64,000 nt of DNA from a virus (Duplodnaviria > Caudoviricetes), in IMG/VR virus record IMGVR_UViG_3300049141_000098, positions 128,001-192,000 of that record; one strand, 5' to 3'. The translations under genes and the position numbers were made by a program. Below are positions 33,203 through 42,198 of this stretch, piece by piece. The notes beneath the pieces were generated by a model. The model worked only from the letters and a program-made list of their open reading frames with translations, was not told where the DNA came from and did no database searches. Numbering within the stretch: the first letter of the stretch is position 1; every line of letters begins with the position of its first letter.

Positions 33203-33590
33203 CCTTCTTCTCCAGTCCGCAAGTGCAAGGTGTCGCCGGTCCGGGTTGATGCCGCTGTTCACGGAGTGCCTGGTTGTAACCCTTGGTGTACAGGGTGTCT
33301 CCACGGCAAGAGGCGTCATGTCCGGCCTCTTGATGGCGGCGCCGCCCTTCGTCGGCGCAGATATCCGCCCTGGCGTGCGTGCCCCAGGCGTTGCCCCGGT
33401 AGCCGTTCATGATGGCGGAGTCGAGGATCCGTGAGGCGCATTCGATCACGAACTCCCGGTCCGGCATCTCGCGGAGCTGTGGCACCCACTCCCGGATCTT
33501 GGGCTTGTCATAGCCCGGGGCTCTCCGGTAGTTCTGCATGGACACGACGCTGATCGAGGACTCCAGCTCCTCCTCGGTGATACTGGTCAT
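33195..33590 (-). CDS. Hypothetical protein, tandem paralog of 32828-33202
   Basis: Same shared motif. Confidence 0.7.
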   Translation of the reverse strand: MTSITEEELESSISVVSMQNYRRAPGYDKPKIREWVPQLREMPDREFVIECASRILDSAIMNGYRGNAWGTHARADICADEGRRRHQEAGHDASCRGDTLYTKGYNQALREQRHQPGPATPCTCGLEKKDD

Positions 33591-33922
33591 CAGGCCTGAT
33601 ACCTCGGAGCCGTCTTCTCCAGGTAGTCGACCCAGAGACCCGGACTCTCACCTTCACCGTCGTTGAGGTACGGAGAACGCAGTTCGTCGAAGGCCTGTCG
33701 CGCCTCCCGGGTCTCACCCATGTAGCGCCGCACGTCGGCGGGCGCCTTCCAGGAGGTGGTCGGGGGCAGGCAGTCACATCGAACGCCGTTGTTGCGCAGG
33801 CTGGGGCAGCTCGACCCGTGCTCCTCCGGGGCTACCTCAATGAAGTCCATCTCCCGAAGAACCTGAAGCTTCTGTTCGGGTGACAGTCCCCTGAAGTCGA
33901 TGTTGTGCTTGAACTCGGCCAT
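33590..33922 (-). CDS. Hypothetical protein
   Basis: RBS; TGATG coupling. Confidence 0.65.
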   Translation of the reverse strand: MAEFKHNIDFRGLSPEQKLQVLREMDFIEVAPEEHGSSCPSLRNNGVRCDCLPPTTSWKAPADVRRYMGETREARQAFDELRSPYLNDGEGESPGLWVDYLEKTAPRYQA

Positions 33923-33962
33923 CGCTTCCGTCCCCTTCCTTTCCGTTACGCCGTTGTGATGT

Positions 33963-34175
33963 TCAGTCCACGAGCCACGCGACGGCGCGCCCCTGCCGGG
34001 CCCCAGGAGAGTAGAGCCATCCGGTCATGAATCTCCGGCCGTCCTCGGTGGTGACCATGCAGTCATGCTTGGTCTTATGAGGTCGCACCGAGACGATCTG
34101 TGCCCGACGGCGGATCAGGCCACTGCGGGAGTAACGCTCGATGAGGAACCCGTCCTCGGTGAACACGGCCATCAC
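33963..34175 (-). CDS. Hypothetical protein
   Basis: GTGA-coupled ORF. Confidence 0.55.
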   Translation of the reverse strand: MMAVFTEDGFLIERYSRSGLIRRRAQIVSVRPHKTKHDCMVTTEDGRRFMTGWLYSPGARQGRAVAWLVD

Positions 34176-34681
34176 GCACGCTCCAGGATGCCAATCTTGG
34201 CGGCATCCTCGATCGTCATTTCGGTGCCGTTGTAGTGCACGGTGATCCCGCTGTGCCTACGGATGTCGAAAATGCATCCCACTGGGACCGTCAGGTGAAC
34301 CCCAGGCCCCTTCCGCTGCACCGGAGCCCCATCGACCGTGACCCGTGCACCGTCCCCAGTGACGGCGAAGTTGATGTTCCCACCCGAGACGACGGAGCGC
34401 TCTCCCGCAGCCGTAACGGATCCACCAGAGATCGACGACCCCCGATGAGAACCGAAGAGCCTGGTGACCCAGGAGATTGTGCTGGGCCTACCTACGGCGA
34501 TGCGCATCTCCCGACCTCCAGCGCCACCTGGCCCAGCGTGTGCCCCTAAGCCCCGGTCGGCCAGTACGTGCACCCGCCGGTGCGTGGCGTCCGGCTGAAC
34601 TGTGATCTCCACCGGGAGATCGGGTGCCTCAACTCGAATGGGCCCTGCTCCGGGTCGGTGGTGCGACTGGATCAGCTCCAC
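34172..34681 (-). CDS. Hypothetical protein
   Basis: RBS GAAGGGGAAGG. Confidence 0.6.
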   Translation of the reverse strand: MELIQSHHRPGAGPIRVEAPDLPVEITVQPDATHRRVHVLADRGLGAHAGPGGAGGREMRIAVGRPSTISWVTRLFGSHRGSSISGGSVTAAGERSVVSGGNINFAVTGDGARVTVDGAPVQRKGPGVHLTVPVGCIFDIRRHSGITVHYNGTEMTIEDAAKIGILERA

Positions 34682-34699
34682 GATCCTTCCCCTTCTTGA

Positions 34700-35077
34700 T
34701 CAGTCATTGGTGCCAAGTGCCAGTCGGCAGCCCAGCGTGAAGTGTTCAAGCGCGGCGTTCACTTCCTCCTCGGACCCGCCCCCGCGCGAGCGCGCGATGG
34801 CGGCGTCCCGGAAAGTCAGCATGCGGGCCTGGAGTTCACGGTTGCAGTGCAGCAAGGCGGTCTGGACAGCCCTGTCCAAGTCCCGGACGGGATCGGCGCT
34901 GTCGACCGTCAGGAAGGGCTGGTAGGCGACAGACCCCTTGGTGAGGACGTCGATGAAAGCCTCTTCCGCGCTGACGCTGTACTGCGGTTCGGCCTCTCCG
35001 ATCAGACGCGGCTCTTGCGGCCTCGCTGTGCTGACTTCCTTCACCCTGCGCAGCCGGTCCAGAAACTTCACAGCCAC
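34700..35077 (-). CDS. Hypothetical protein
   Basis: ORF with RBS. Confidence 0.6.
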   Translation of the reverse strand: MAVKFLDRLRRVKEVSTARPQEPRLIGEAEPQYSVSAEEAFIDVLTKGSVAYQPFLTVDSADPVRDLDRAVQTALLHCNRELQARMLTFRDAAIARSRGGGSEEEVNAALEHFTLGCRLALGTND

Positions 35078-35081
35078 CCTC

Positions 35082-35573
35082 TCACGTGTCCAGGAAGGTC
35101 AGCAGGCGCACGGAGTTGCCGAAGGCGACCTTCAGGCGGTCCATGAGCAGGATTCCGGTAGGCGTGAGGTCGTCCCAGGTCGCCTCCCAGAACGCGCCGC
35201 CGTCTCGGGCCGCGAGCGTGCGACCGGTTGACCCCATGTCGGCCGCGAAGAGTACGGGAATCGACAGAGCTTCCTGAGAGATCAGCGATCGCACCATCGA
35301 TGCCTTCGCCGGGTATCCGTTCTGCTCCAGCAGGCGTGCTGCGTGATCCCGCGCCGCCTCGTCCTCGATCTGCCCCTTCGAGCCGCCCCAGAAGTCGCGA
35401 AGGTCGCTGACAGCGGCATCCGGCCGAGTGATGACGATGAAGTTCTCGATGGTGCACTTGTCTGGGTGGTCGTGGGGTCGAGGCAGTGCCGCCATGACGT
35501 ACATGCCGCCCCCTTCACCCGCATCCACCCACTCGGCGCCGGGTTCGGGGAAGCGGATCAACTCGTTGGTCAT
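35082..35573 (-). CDS. Hypothetical protein
   Basis: RBS GGAAGGAG; first gene after operator copy 3. Confidence 0.7.
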   Translation of the reverse strand: MTNELIRFPEPGAEWVDAGEGGGMYVMAALPRPHDHPDKCTIENFIVITRPDAAVSDLRDFWGGSKGQIEDEAARDHAARLLEQNGYPAKASMVRSLISQEALSIPVLFAADMGSTGRTLAARDGGAFWEATWDDLTPTGILLMDRLKVAFGNSVRLLTFLDT

Positions 35574-35609
35574 GTCTTCTCCTTCCGCTGTGCGAATCCT
35601 ACCAGCATT

Positions 35610-35621
35610 TGGCCTAGGTCA
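35610..35621. promoter_or_regulatory. Palindromic operator-like motif, copy 3
   Basis: TGGCCTAGGTCA; -10-like TAGGAT 9 nt beyond the 10-bp core on the - strand. Confidence 0.65.
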
Positions 35622-35634
35622 TAGAGAAAAGAGA

Positions 35635-35664
35635 GAAGGGCGGCCTCGGTTGAGACCGCCCTTC
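35635..35664 (-). terminator. Intrinsic terminator
   Basis: GAAGGGCGG / CCGCCCTTC followed by a pyrimidine run on -. Confidence 0.65.
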
Positions 35665-35674
35665 GAGGTGTCAC

Positions 35675-35881
35675 TTACTCCCCTTCGGCTTCTCCGCCGC
35701 CCAGGAGAACTGCGCTGGCGTGGACGCCCAGGGCTTCACTGACCGCGCCATCTCGCAAGCGCCGACCGTGCAGGCCGTACGCATCCTCCAGGGCTTCGCG
35801 TTCAGTCGCGGCTTCGACCTCGTAGGTGAACTCGCTACGAGCCACGCCGTATGCCGTGACTCTCCACTTGTTGAGGCTCAT
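35675..35881 (-). CDS. Hypothetical protein
   Basis: ATGA-coupled; similar in pattern to 26597-26782. Confidence 0.6.
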   Translation of the reverse strand: MSLNKWRVTAYGVARSEFTYEVEAATEREALEDAYGLHGRRLRDGAVSEALGVHASAVLLGGGEAEGE

Positions 35882-36258
35882 CGGTCCATTCCTTGACGTT
35901 CCGTTACGTTCATCAACCGCGCACCGGGCGGCGGGGCGGCGACGTTCATGATGCCGGAGCCGTGACAGAAGCCTGCGGAGTCCAGTCGCCAGCGGGCCCG
36001 ACTCACGGGTGGGTACGGCGAAAGCTCCAGGCGGTCCTCTGCGGTCCAGACATCGACAACGCGGGGCGGTGCACCATACTGCCGCCGGGCATGGTCGCAT
36101 ACGAGCTGAAGGGTCACGAAGCGGCGCAGATCGGCGTCCGTGAGGCGGTCATCCTCGGGCAGTGCGGGGCACTCGACCTCGAAGGCAATCTTTTCCACCC
36201 CTACCTGCTGCCCTCCGGCGAACCACCTGAGGCGAGCATCTCCCTGCCAGGTCTCCAT
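35878..36258 (-). CDS. Hypothetical protein
   Basis: ORF. Confidence 0.55.
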   Translation of the reverse strand: METWQGDARLRWFAGGQQVGVEKIAFEVECPALPEDDRLTDADLRRFVTLQLVCDHARRQYGAPPRVVDVWTAEDRLELSPYPPVSRARWRLDSAGFCHGSGIMNVAAPPPGARLMNVTERQGMDR

Positions 36259-36260
36259 GA

Positions 36261-36686
36261 TCAGTCCTCAAACCGGAACAGCCAGATGCCGTACTGGTTG
36301 TTGACGACGGTGAAGCCCTGCTCCTTCTTGTCATGCTGATAGATGCCGGACAGGTGCTCCTGGATCTGCTTCCGCAAGCCCTGGGACTTGATGACGCCGT
36401 CCGTCATGTCCCAGTAGCCCTCGTAGTTGACCGAGACCAGGTGGTTGTCATCGTCATACCGTTCGACCTGCGCCAGCATCGCCTCGATGATGTCGTCCTC
36501 GGTCAGGGACTGACCGGCCTTCTCCATGTCGGCCCCCCGGCGCACCAGGCGCCCCCACAGAGCCTCGGCTGCCGCCCGGATGTCGTACTGATCGGCCCTT
36601 TGGAGCTTGGCGTAGCTGGAGTAACTGCTGTCGGCCGCCGCCTTGGCGAACTCGTCAGCGAACTCGCTCATCCCGTAGTTCCGCAT
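36261..36686 (-). CDS. Hypothetical acidic protein
   Basis: RBS GGAAAGGGAGAAGG. Confidence 0.7.
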   Translation of the reverse strand: MRNYGMSEFADEFAKAAADSSYSSYAKLQRADQYDIRAAAEALWGRLVRRGADMEKAGQSLTEDDIIEAMLAQVERYDDDNHLVSVNYEGYWDMTDGVIKSQGLRKQIQEHLSGIYQHDKKEQGFTVVNNQYGIWLFRFED

Positions 36687-37081
36687 CGTTCCTTCTCCCT
36701 TTCCGTGTTCCGTCTATCGACTGCGATCCACTCGGATCCGATCGAGTCGACCTCCAGGTCTTGCACATACTTCCAGACCGGCTCGCTCCTGTCCCGGGGA
36801 TCCAGGGCGGTCTTGCCCTGGGGGGTGAGTATCGAGTACTCCCTGAAGTTGGCTTGCGTCACCCGACGTTGGCCCAGCGGCTGCACTCCAGGGGCCAGGG
36901 CTCCCAGTTCGGCGTCAGCTCGCACCCACAGCCCGCCATCCTCATCGACGCCGACGTCACGGCCGTGGATCCACTGAGGTTGCGCAGCGGATCCCCCGAG
37001 GAGTTCTTCTGGAGTCACCTTTAGCCCCTTTCCGGAAACACTAAGAGGGCGCCAGTCTGGCACCCTCTGTGTATAGGTCAA
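36668..37081 (-). CDS. Hypothetical protein (start uncertain)
   Basis: ORF. Confidence 0.5.
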   Translation of the reverse strand: MTYTQRVPDWRPLSVSGKGLKVTPEELLGGSAAQPQWIHGRDVGVDEDGGLWVRADAELGALAPGVQPLGQRRVTQANFREYSILTPQGKTALDPRDRSEPVWKYVQDLEVDSIGSEWIAVDRRNTEREKERCGTTG

Positions 37082-37093
37082 GACCCCGTCGCA

Positions 37094-37177
37094 TTACTCC
37101 TGCGGCGGGCGGGGCCCCGGCTTCGGGGGGTTCGTAGCCCCCGGCGTCCTCTGCGGCAGTGCTGGCTTGTTGGTCAT
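37094..37177 (-). CDS. 27-aa Pro-rich micro-protein MTNKPALPQRTPGATNPPKPGPRPPQE
   Basis: Double RBS GGAAAGGGAAGGACGAAAGG; first ORF after operator copy 4. Confidence 0.55.
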   Translation of the reverse strand: MTNKPALPQRTPGATNPPKPGPRPPQE

Positions 37178-37212
37178 CCTTTCGTCCTTCCCTTTCCGAA
37201 CCCCTCCATTAT

Positions 37213-37224
37213 CGGCCTAGGCCA
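37213..37224. promoter_or_regulatory. Palindromic operator-like motif, copy 4
   Basis: CGGCCTAGGCCA; -10-like GATAAT directly adjacent on -. Confidence 0.65.
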
Positions 37225-37256
37225 GTGTATCGCGACTCCCGCCGAATATCACCCAA

Positions 37257-37595
37257 TCAGTCGGCGGGGCGGAAGAACTTCAGGTCATTCGTGACGAACA
37301 GCCATCCGTCCCAGAGGAAGCCCGCCTCGACGTCCGTCACGCGTGCCCCCGTTTCACTTGTGATGACAAGGGCTCGGTCCCCAGCGGCGACCTTCAGACG
37401 GACCTGGTCGTCCGCAGGGTCCATGCGGTGAGGCTTTTCCTCCACCGTGCCAACGGCGGCGAACCGTAGAGACTTCACTCCCCAGGTGACCTTGACTCGA
37501 TCGCCTCTTCGAACCTGTCCGCGAGGGATGCGAGTCCACCCGCTGTCACTCTCGCTCACGCGTATCAACCTTCCTTGATTCACAGCTAGACGCAC
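37257..37595 (-). CDS. Hypothetical SH3/KOW-like protein (start uncertain)
   Basis: VRRGDRVKVTW pattern. Confidence 0.55.
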   Translation of the reverse strand: MRLAVNQGRLIRVSESDSGWTRIPRGQVRRGDRVKVTWGVKSLRFAAVGTVEEKPHRMDPADDQVRLKVAAGDRALVITSETGARVTDVEAGFLWDGWLFVTNDLKFFRPAD

Positions 37596-37664
37596 GGGTC
37601 GTAGTGACGTCCCGCACCCTGAGAGTCGCGCCGCAGTCTCCCGAATCCCACCCGTCGACCCCAG

Positions 37665-38009
37665 TCAGTCCAGGCCGTCCCCCGGGAAGCGAGGTGCGGG
37701 AGTTTCGTCCTCCTTGTGCACCAGGTGCCCTGACTTCCTTAGGTACGGATCGATCTCCTTGGCGGCGAGCGTCAGCCCCTGCCCCACACCGGCACCATGC
37801 TTGAGCACCGCGTCGTAGTGGAGATCGAGTACGCGGGCCGCCGCCCGATGCAGGGCTTGCTCCTCGGTCCTGTCGAGATACCAGTCCAGGTCCCGGCAGT
37901 CCGTGTCCGGCTGGTCGGTCTCCAGGATGCACTTGCCCTGGCAGCGCTTGATGTGCAGCCTGTGCCGGGCGCTGACTACGTTCGTCACCTTGTCTTCTCC
38001 TTCATTCAT
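37665..38009 (-). CDS. Hypothetical protein
   Basis: ATG 38009 overlapping upstream stop. Confidence 0.6.
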   Translation of the reverse strand: MNEGEDKVTNVVSARHRLHIKRCQGKCILETDQPDTDCRDLDWYLDRTEEQALHRAAARVLDLHYDAVLKHGAGVGQGLTLAAKEIDPYLRKSGHLVHKEDETPAPRFPGDGLD

Positions 38010-38256
38010 GACCGGCCCAGTCCCGGAACAGCTTGAGTGCCAGCTCGATCGTTCCGACCTGTGCGCGCAGGATGACCTTTCCGGCCGCCTCGCAGACCAG
38101 GGACTGCCAGTCGTCATCGACCCCGTCATCTTCCAGGATCCAGTAGCGCGCCCCGTCCGGCTTGCTGGCGACCGGTACGTCCGCCTTGGACTCGGCGCCG
38201 CCCCACAGGCAGTACTCCGGGCCCCAGTCGTCCTTGCAGGGGCACTTAACTGGCAT
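38002..38256 (-). CDS. Hypothetical protein
   Basis: ORF. Confidence 0.6.
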   Translation of the reverse strand: MPVKCPCKDDWGPEYCLWGGAESKADVPVASKPDGARYWILEDDGVDDDWQSLVCEAAGKVILRAQVGTIELALKLFRDWAGHE

Positions 38257-38257
38257 A

Positions 38258-38494
38258 TCAGGTGCCTTCCTCGCGGCCCACCTGAGTCTCGGCCGCCTCC
38301 AGCACCGCCATCAGGTCCCGGCGGTCCATGGCGTACATCGGGTAAGGCCAGCCTGGCGACAGGAATGCTTTCGAACTTCCGATCTCACTAGCCACGTTCA
38401 GAACCTCCGGATGCAGCTCCAACCAGAGCTTGATCCGACCGATCGCTGCGGCCAGGTCCCGGCCGGGGTGAAGCTCCGGGTTGCTCTCGGACAC
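38258..38494 (-). CDS. Hypothetical protein
   Basis: RBS GGAAGGGAGAAGGG. Confidence 0.6.
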   Translation of the reverse strand: MSESNPELHPGRDLAAAIGRIKLWLELHPEVLNVASEIGSSKAFLSPGWPYPMYAMDRRDLMAVLEAAETQVGREEGT

Positions 38495-38512
38495 ACCCTT
38501 CTCCCTTCCTCG

Positions 38513-39037
38513 CTAACTGTTGCCTGCCTTGCGAAGCGCCTCGTAGGCGTCCTGACGGAACCGCGCCCACTGCTCCTCGTGGAGAGCGCGCAGTCGCTCG
38601 TCAGCCGCCGCTGCGGCCTGCTCCCACAGCCGCTGGTCGATGTGATGTTCCTTGCGGTCGAGGATGGCGCGTGCCGTACGGGTCGTGACGTAGTACGTCG
38701 TACCGTGTTGCGCTCCCCCGATCTGGTGCCCCAACTCAGTCCACTCGTGGGACTTCTTGCCGATCAGCAGCCCGTCGCGTTCCATCCCGTCCACCAGCCG
38801 CTCAGTGGCCGGGTAGTTGATGACGGTGCGGGCCCAGGCAGTCGCCTGGTCGGCGCGCTGCCCGTCAGGTTGATGGCTGTACAGCCTGGCTGCTGCCACC
38901 AGGAGGGCTGGGCGCGTCATCGTGCTGTCCCGGGCCGCCGTGAGGATCACGATGATCTGCTCCTTGGTGGGCACCGGCTTCTCGGCGGGGAGTGGTCCCG
39001 GTTCCCCGGCTACCGTGTACAGCCTGGCCCGGCTCAT
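38513..39037 (-). CDS. Hypothetical protein, possible winged helix
   Basis: ATGA-coupled to the macrodomain gene. Confidence 0.6.
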   Translation of the reverse strand: MSRARLYTVAGEPGPLPAEKPVPTKEQIIVILTAARDSTMTRPALLVAAARLYSHQPDGQRADQATAWARTVINYPATERLVDGMERDGLLIGKKSHEWTELGHQIGGAQHGTTYYVTTRTARAILDRKEHHIDQRLWEQAAAAADERLRALHEEQWARFRQDAYEALRKAGNS

Positions 39038-39486
39038 CGTGACTCCGTGAAGTTGAAGAGCCAGGTCTCCATTGGGAGGTCGGCCATCTTCCCCGTGATC
39101 GCGTTCAGTACCTGGTGCTGCGGCAGTCCGCCGAGTCCGCATCCGAGCGGTGGAATGGCGATCGAGACCGGCCTGACCTGGTCACACCAGTCGACCATCG
39201 CTTCGATCCCGGCAGCCACGTCTGAGAACAGGGAGCGGTCCCGCCAGTGCCGCTTTGTCGGCACGCTGAGCATCACCCGGCCATTGGGGAGGACTGCCTC
39301 GTGGAGGACCCCCGGCTTCATCTTCCCGGCCCGGCAGAACTCCCGGTACTCGGCCACCTGGTCCGGCCAACGGTCCTGGAACGCCTTCGCGATCCCGGCC
39401 CCCGCGACGCCGACGCAGTTCACGGCGTTCACCAGCACGCAGCAGTTCGAGTCCAGCAGGTTGCCCCGCGTGTGATGCAGTGGCAT
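39034..39486 (-). CDS. Macrodomain ADP-ribosyl hydrolase, DarG/TARG1-like
   Basis: GNLL...LVNAVNCVGVAGAGIAKAF...PTKRHWR...SIAIPPLGCGLGGL. Confidence 0.9.
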   Translation of the reverse strand: MPLHHTRGNLLDSNCCVLVNAVNCVGVAGAGIAKAFQDRWPDQVAEYREFCRAGKMKPGVLHEAVLPNGRVMLSVPTKRHWRDRSLFSDVAAGIEAMVDWCDQVRPVSIAIPPLGCGLGGLPQHQVLNAITGKMADLPMETWLFNFTESR

Positions 39487-39488
39487 GG

Positions 39489-39695
39489 TCAGCCCTCCAG
39501 GATCTGGATCACGCGCTTCGCGGGGATGCGTACGCGAGCGCCCCGATCGAACCGGATGACCACATAGCCGCCCTCCTCGGTGAGCGTCTCCGGCTCCTGG
39601 AAGCCGAGTTCGGGCCCGAAGTTCTCGCGAGAACCCTTCCGGTATGTGCGCTCTCCCTTGGGGCCTTCGTAGGAAACTTCGAAATGCCTGCTCAT
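39489..39695 (-). CDS. Hypothetical protein
   Basis: ORF with RBS. Confidence 0.6.
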   Translation of the reverse strand: MSRHFEVSYEGPKGERTYRKGSRENFGPELGFQEPETLTEEGGYVVIRFDRGARVRIPAKRVIQILEG

Positions 39696-40000
39696 CCGTT
39701 CTCCCCCTCATGGTTGAGGCTATCCAGCCAGGCCAGGACGGCCTCGGCGTCCGTCTTGGTCAGCGTGGAGAGTGCCTCTTGGTAGATCTTGCTGGATTCG
39801 TCCGAGGTTCTGGCGAACCATCGCAAGAACCCGACCTGCATGGCTGAGCAGCCACGCTTCCCGATCGGCCTGAATCCGATCGTCGTCTCGTCGGTGAAGC
39901 CGACCCTCTTCCGGGGGCGTGCCGTCACCCCGTAGTCCCGGCCGTCCTCGAAGTGAATCACGCCGTCTACCCTTGCTCCGAAGTAGTCGTCAGGCGTCAT
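39692..40000 (-). CDS. Hypothetical protein
   Basis: RBS GAAGGAGGGG. Confidence 0.6.
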   Translation of the reverse strand: MTPDDYFGARVDGVIHFEDGRDYGVTARPRKRVGFTDETTIGFRPIGKRGCSAMQVGFLRWFARTSDESSKIYQEALSTLTKTDAEAVLAWLDSLNHEGENG

Positions 40001-40433
40001 ACCCACCCCCCTCCTTCGCCTCCTCGGTCTCGTCTGCCAATGCGAGCGGCTGCCCGTCAATCCACATCGCCGGATCACTCTCGTAGCTCTGGTTGTGCAC
40101 TTGCACCGAAGGAGCCCCGTCTGGCGCGTCCGTCAGGGCCTCGGCCAGCCACTGAAGCCAGTCGCCAGCAGTGACCATCATCGGACGATCGATCGCAAGT
40201 CCCGGCACCTGATCGTGCAGAGTCAGCTCGCCACGATCATCGGCTGCCGCCAAGAATCCCTTCACGGTGTAGGCGGCCAGCGGGTGCAGGCTGCCTGCTC
40301 GCCGTTCAGCGACCTCCAGCAGGTTGTCCAGCTCCACGCGGCCAGCGTCGGTGCGATGTACGGTCAGACACAGGATGGTGCCATCCCTGGCGACCACGTC
40401 CATGCTCAGCGTGATCGGCTCAACTGCCTTCAT
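39990..40433 (-). CDS. Hypothetical protein
   Basis: RBS GGAAAGGGGAAGG; follows operator copy 5. Confidence 0.65.
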   Translation of the reverse strand: MKAVEPITLSMDVVARDGTILCLTVHRTDAGRVELDNLLEVAERRAGSLHPLAAYTVKGFLAAADDRGELTLHDQVPGLAIDRPMMVTAGDWLQWLAEALTDAPDGAPSVQVHNQSYESDPAMWIDGQPLALADETEEAKEGGGYDA

Positions 40434-40458
40434 CTTTGGGTTCCTTCCCCTTTCCAAA

Positions 40459-40470
40459 TGGCCTAGGTCA
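40459..40470. promoter_or_regulatory. Palindromic operator-like motif, copy 5
   Basis: TGGCCTAGGTCA between a terminator and an RBS. Confidence 0.65.
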
Positions 40471-40479
40471 GAAGATACG

Positions 40480-40515
40480 GAAGCGGGGACCTGGCCGCAA
40501 CCAGATCCCCGCTTC
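40480..40515 (-). terminator. Hairpin terminator
   Basis: GAAGCGGGGA / TCCCCGCTTC. Confidence 0.6.
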
Positions 40516-40525
40516 CTGTGGTCGC

Positions 40526-40780
40526 CTACTCTGCGACTTTCCGGACTGACGCCATCGCGAGCAGAATGGCGTTCTCGTCGCCCGCTCGCAGCGCCTTCTC
40601 GACCTCCTTGCAGAAGGTCGGCGTGATGTCATCCGAACTCTCTGTGGCGCGCTTCCCGACAACGTCGGACACCAGCCGGGAAGCCCAGTCAACGACTTCC
40701 GCAGGCAGGCCCGGGAGCTTGCTATGAAGCCCAGTGCGCACCTCTGCCCGCACCTGATCCAAGGGGGGAATCTCGTTCAT
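40526..40780 (-). CDS. Hypothetical protein
   Basis: ORF with RBS. Confidence 0.65.
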   Translation of the reverse strand: MNEIPPLDQVRAEVRTGLHSKLPGLPAEVVDWASRLVSDVVGKRATESSDDITPTFCKEVEKALRAGDENAILLAMASVRKVAE

Positions 40781-40795
40781 TTGCGGCCCTCCTGG

Positions 40796-40918
40796 TCAGC
40801 CCTTCTTCGGGCAGTTCTTGTCGGAGCAGGTGTGCCAGACCGTCGTGGTCCGGCCGTTCACGGTATACGTCGCCTTGTAGCAGTCGATCGGTGCTGTCAG
40901 GTCACTCAGCTCAGTCAC
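40796..40918 (-). CDS. 40-aa protein (absent from ORF track)
   Basis: MTELSDLTAPIDCYKATYTVNGRTTTVWHTCSDKNCPKKG; RBS GGAAAGGGGAG. Confidence 0.55.
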   Translation of the reverse strand: MTELSDLTAPIDCYKATYTVNGRTTTVWHTCSDKNCPKKG

Positions 40919-40951
40919 GGTCCCGCTCCCCTTTCCCCTTCCACCCCAATA

Positions 40952-40963
40952 CGGCCTAGGCCA
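40952..40963. promoter_or_regulatory. Palindromic operator-like motif, copy 6
   Basis: CGGCCTAGGCCA, intergenic. Confidence 0.65.
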
Positions 40964-41031
40964 CTAGGGTACTGAGCGGAGGGAGCTGATCGCAATGGGT
41001 AACCGACCGCTACCGCGAAAGGATCAGCAGG

Positions 41032-41307
41032 TCACGACGCCTGGTCCGCCTGGAGCTTCAGGGCTTCCTCCAGCGCCTCCTTCGGGTTCTGGCCCTGGGT
41101 GACCAAGTCGTAGAACGTCGAGGCCTCCGTCAGGCCGAAGTGCCCGAGGATCCGCTCCAGCGCCTTGGTTGTGTGGTGGTAGACCGAGCCGCCGTTCCGG
41201 GGGTCATCGACCACCAGCTCGTGCACGTCGACCACGTTCCACCCGTACATCAAGTCGCAGAGCTGCTTGGCCGCAGCGAGCAAGTCGTACTTCTTCAGCG
41301 TGTCCAT
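41032..41307 (-). CDS. Hypothetical protein
   Basis: RBS GGAAAGAGAGAAG. Confidence 0.7.
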   Translation of the reverse strand: MDTLKKYDLLAAAKQLCDLMYGWNVVDVHELVVDDPRNGGSVYHHTTKALERILGHFGLTEASTFYDLVTQGQNPKEALEEALKLQADQAS

Positions 41308-41479
41308 CGTCTTCTCTCTTTCCGTTCCTGTTTCACGGTTTTGTGTGCTCAGGTGACGACTACCGGCGACGCTGCTCCCGCTTGACGATGAGCATTGCGA
41401 GGATGGTGGCGAACGCGCGAATGACCTGCTCCATCAGTTCCTTCTCCCTCTCCGTGGCACCCTCAGTGCCGGATCTTGA

Positions 41480-41794
41480 CTACTTGCTCGCTCGTGCGGC
41501 CAGCCGCTCCGCCTTGAACTCCTCCAGGAAGGCGTCCACCGCCTCCTGCCAGCCGCCGAGGGGGATGCCCAGGGCAAGGGCCAGCATCCACTTCATGCCG
41601 TCGAGGCGGGCCTCCCGGCGGGTGATCTCCCTCTTGCCGGGCCGAGCGGACACCTGACCGTTCATGGCCGCCCACATCCCGTTGACCTCGCCCCGGATCT
41701 CCGAGGCCATGAGATGGCAGATTTCCTCGGGTGCCGCCGTCGCGGATGCGGAGAGCCACTTCCGGACCGTCTGCATCCCAGGCTTCTCAGTCAC
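41480..41794 (-). CDS. Hypothetical protein
   Basis: GTGA-coupled. Confidence 0.6.
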   Translation of the reverse strand: MTEKPGMQTVRKWLSASATAAPEEICHLMASEIRGEVNGMWAAMNGQVSARPGKREITRREARLDGMKWMLALALGIPLGGWQEAVDAFLEEFKAERLAARASK

Positions 41795-42198
41795 GCTGTT
41801 CGCCCCGCCCTCTTTGCCGCTTCGCGCTGCTGCTTGCGCCATTCCTTCAGTTCGGCCTTGATCCTGTCGTTCACGTCCGCCGGAATCCAGGTGTCCCTGA
41901 AGCCGGAGGGGACCCATTTCTCTACGCCCAGCCCCCTCTTCGAGGCCCACTCGATGGCGGCCTCCAGGTGCGCACGGCGGCTCTCCGCGAGCGTGCCGCC
42001 GTGCCGGACCCGGATCTCCTTGGACTTCCGGCGTTCTCCGTCACGGAAGAACACAACCTCGGAGCGGTGATCGCTGTAGCCGATCGCATGCGGATGGTGG
42101 ATGTTGAAGTAGATTACGGGGCACTGGAATTGTTCGCCCAGCTCCCAGGCATTGACCAGGTTGAACGCGGCCCGCATGTCGTCGGTGTACTTGCTCAC
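41791..42198 (-). CDS. Hypothetical basic protein
   Basis: GTGA-coupled. Confidence 0.65.
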   Translation of the reverse strand: MSKYTDDMRAAFNLVNAWELGEQFQCPVIYFNIHHPHAIGYSDHRSEVVFFRDGERRKSKEIRVRHGGTLAESRRAHLEAAIEWASKRGLGVEKWVPSGFRDTWIPADVNDRIKAELKEWRKQQREAAKRAGRTA

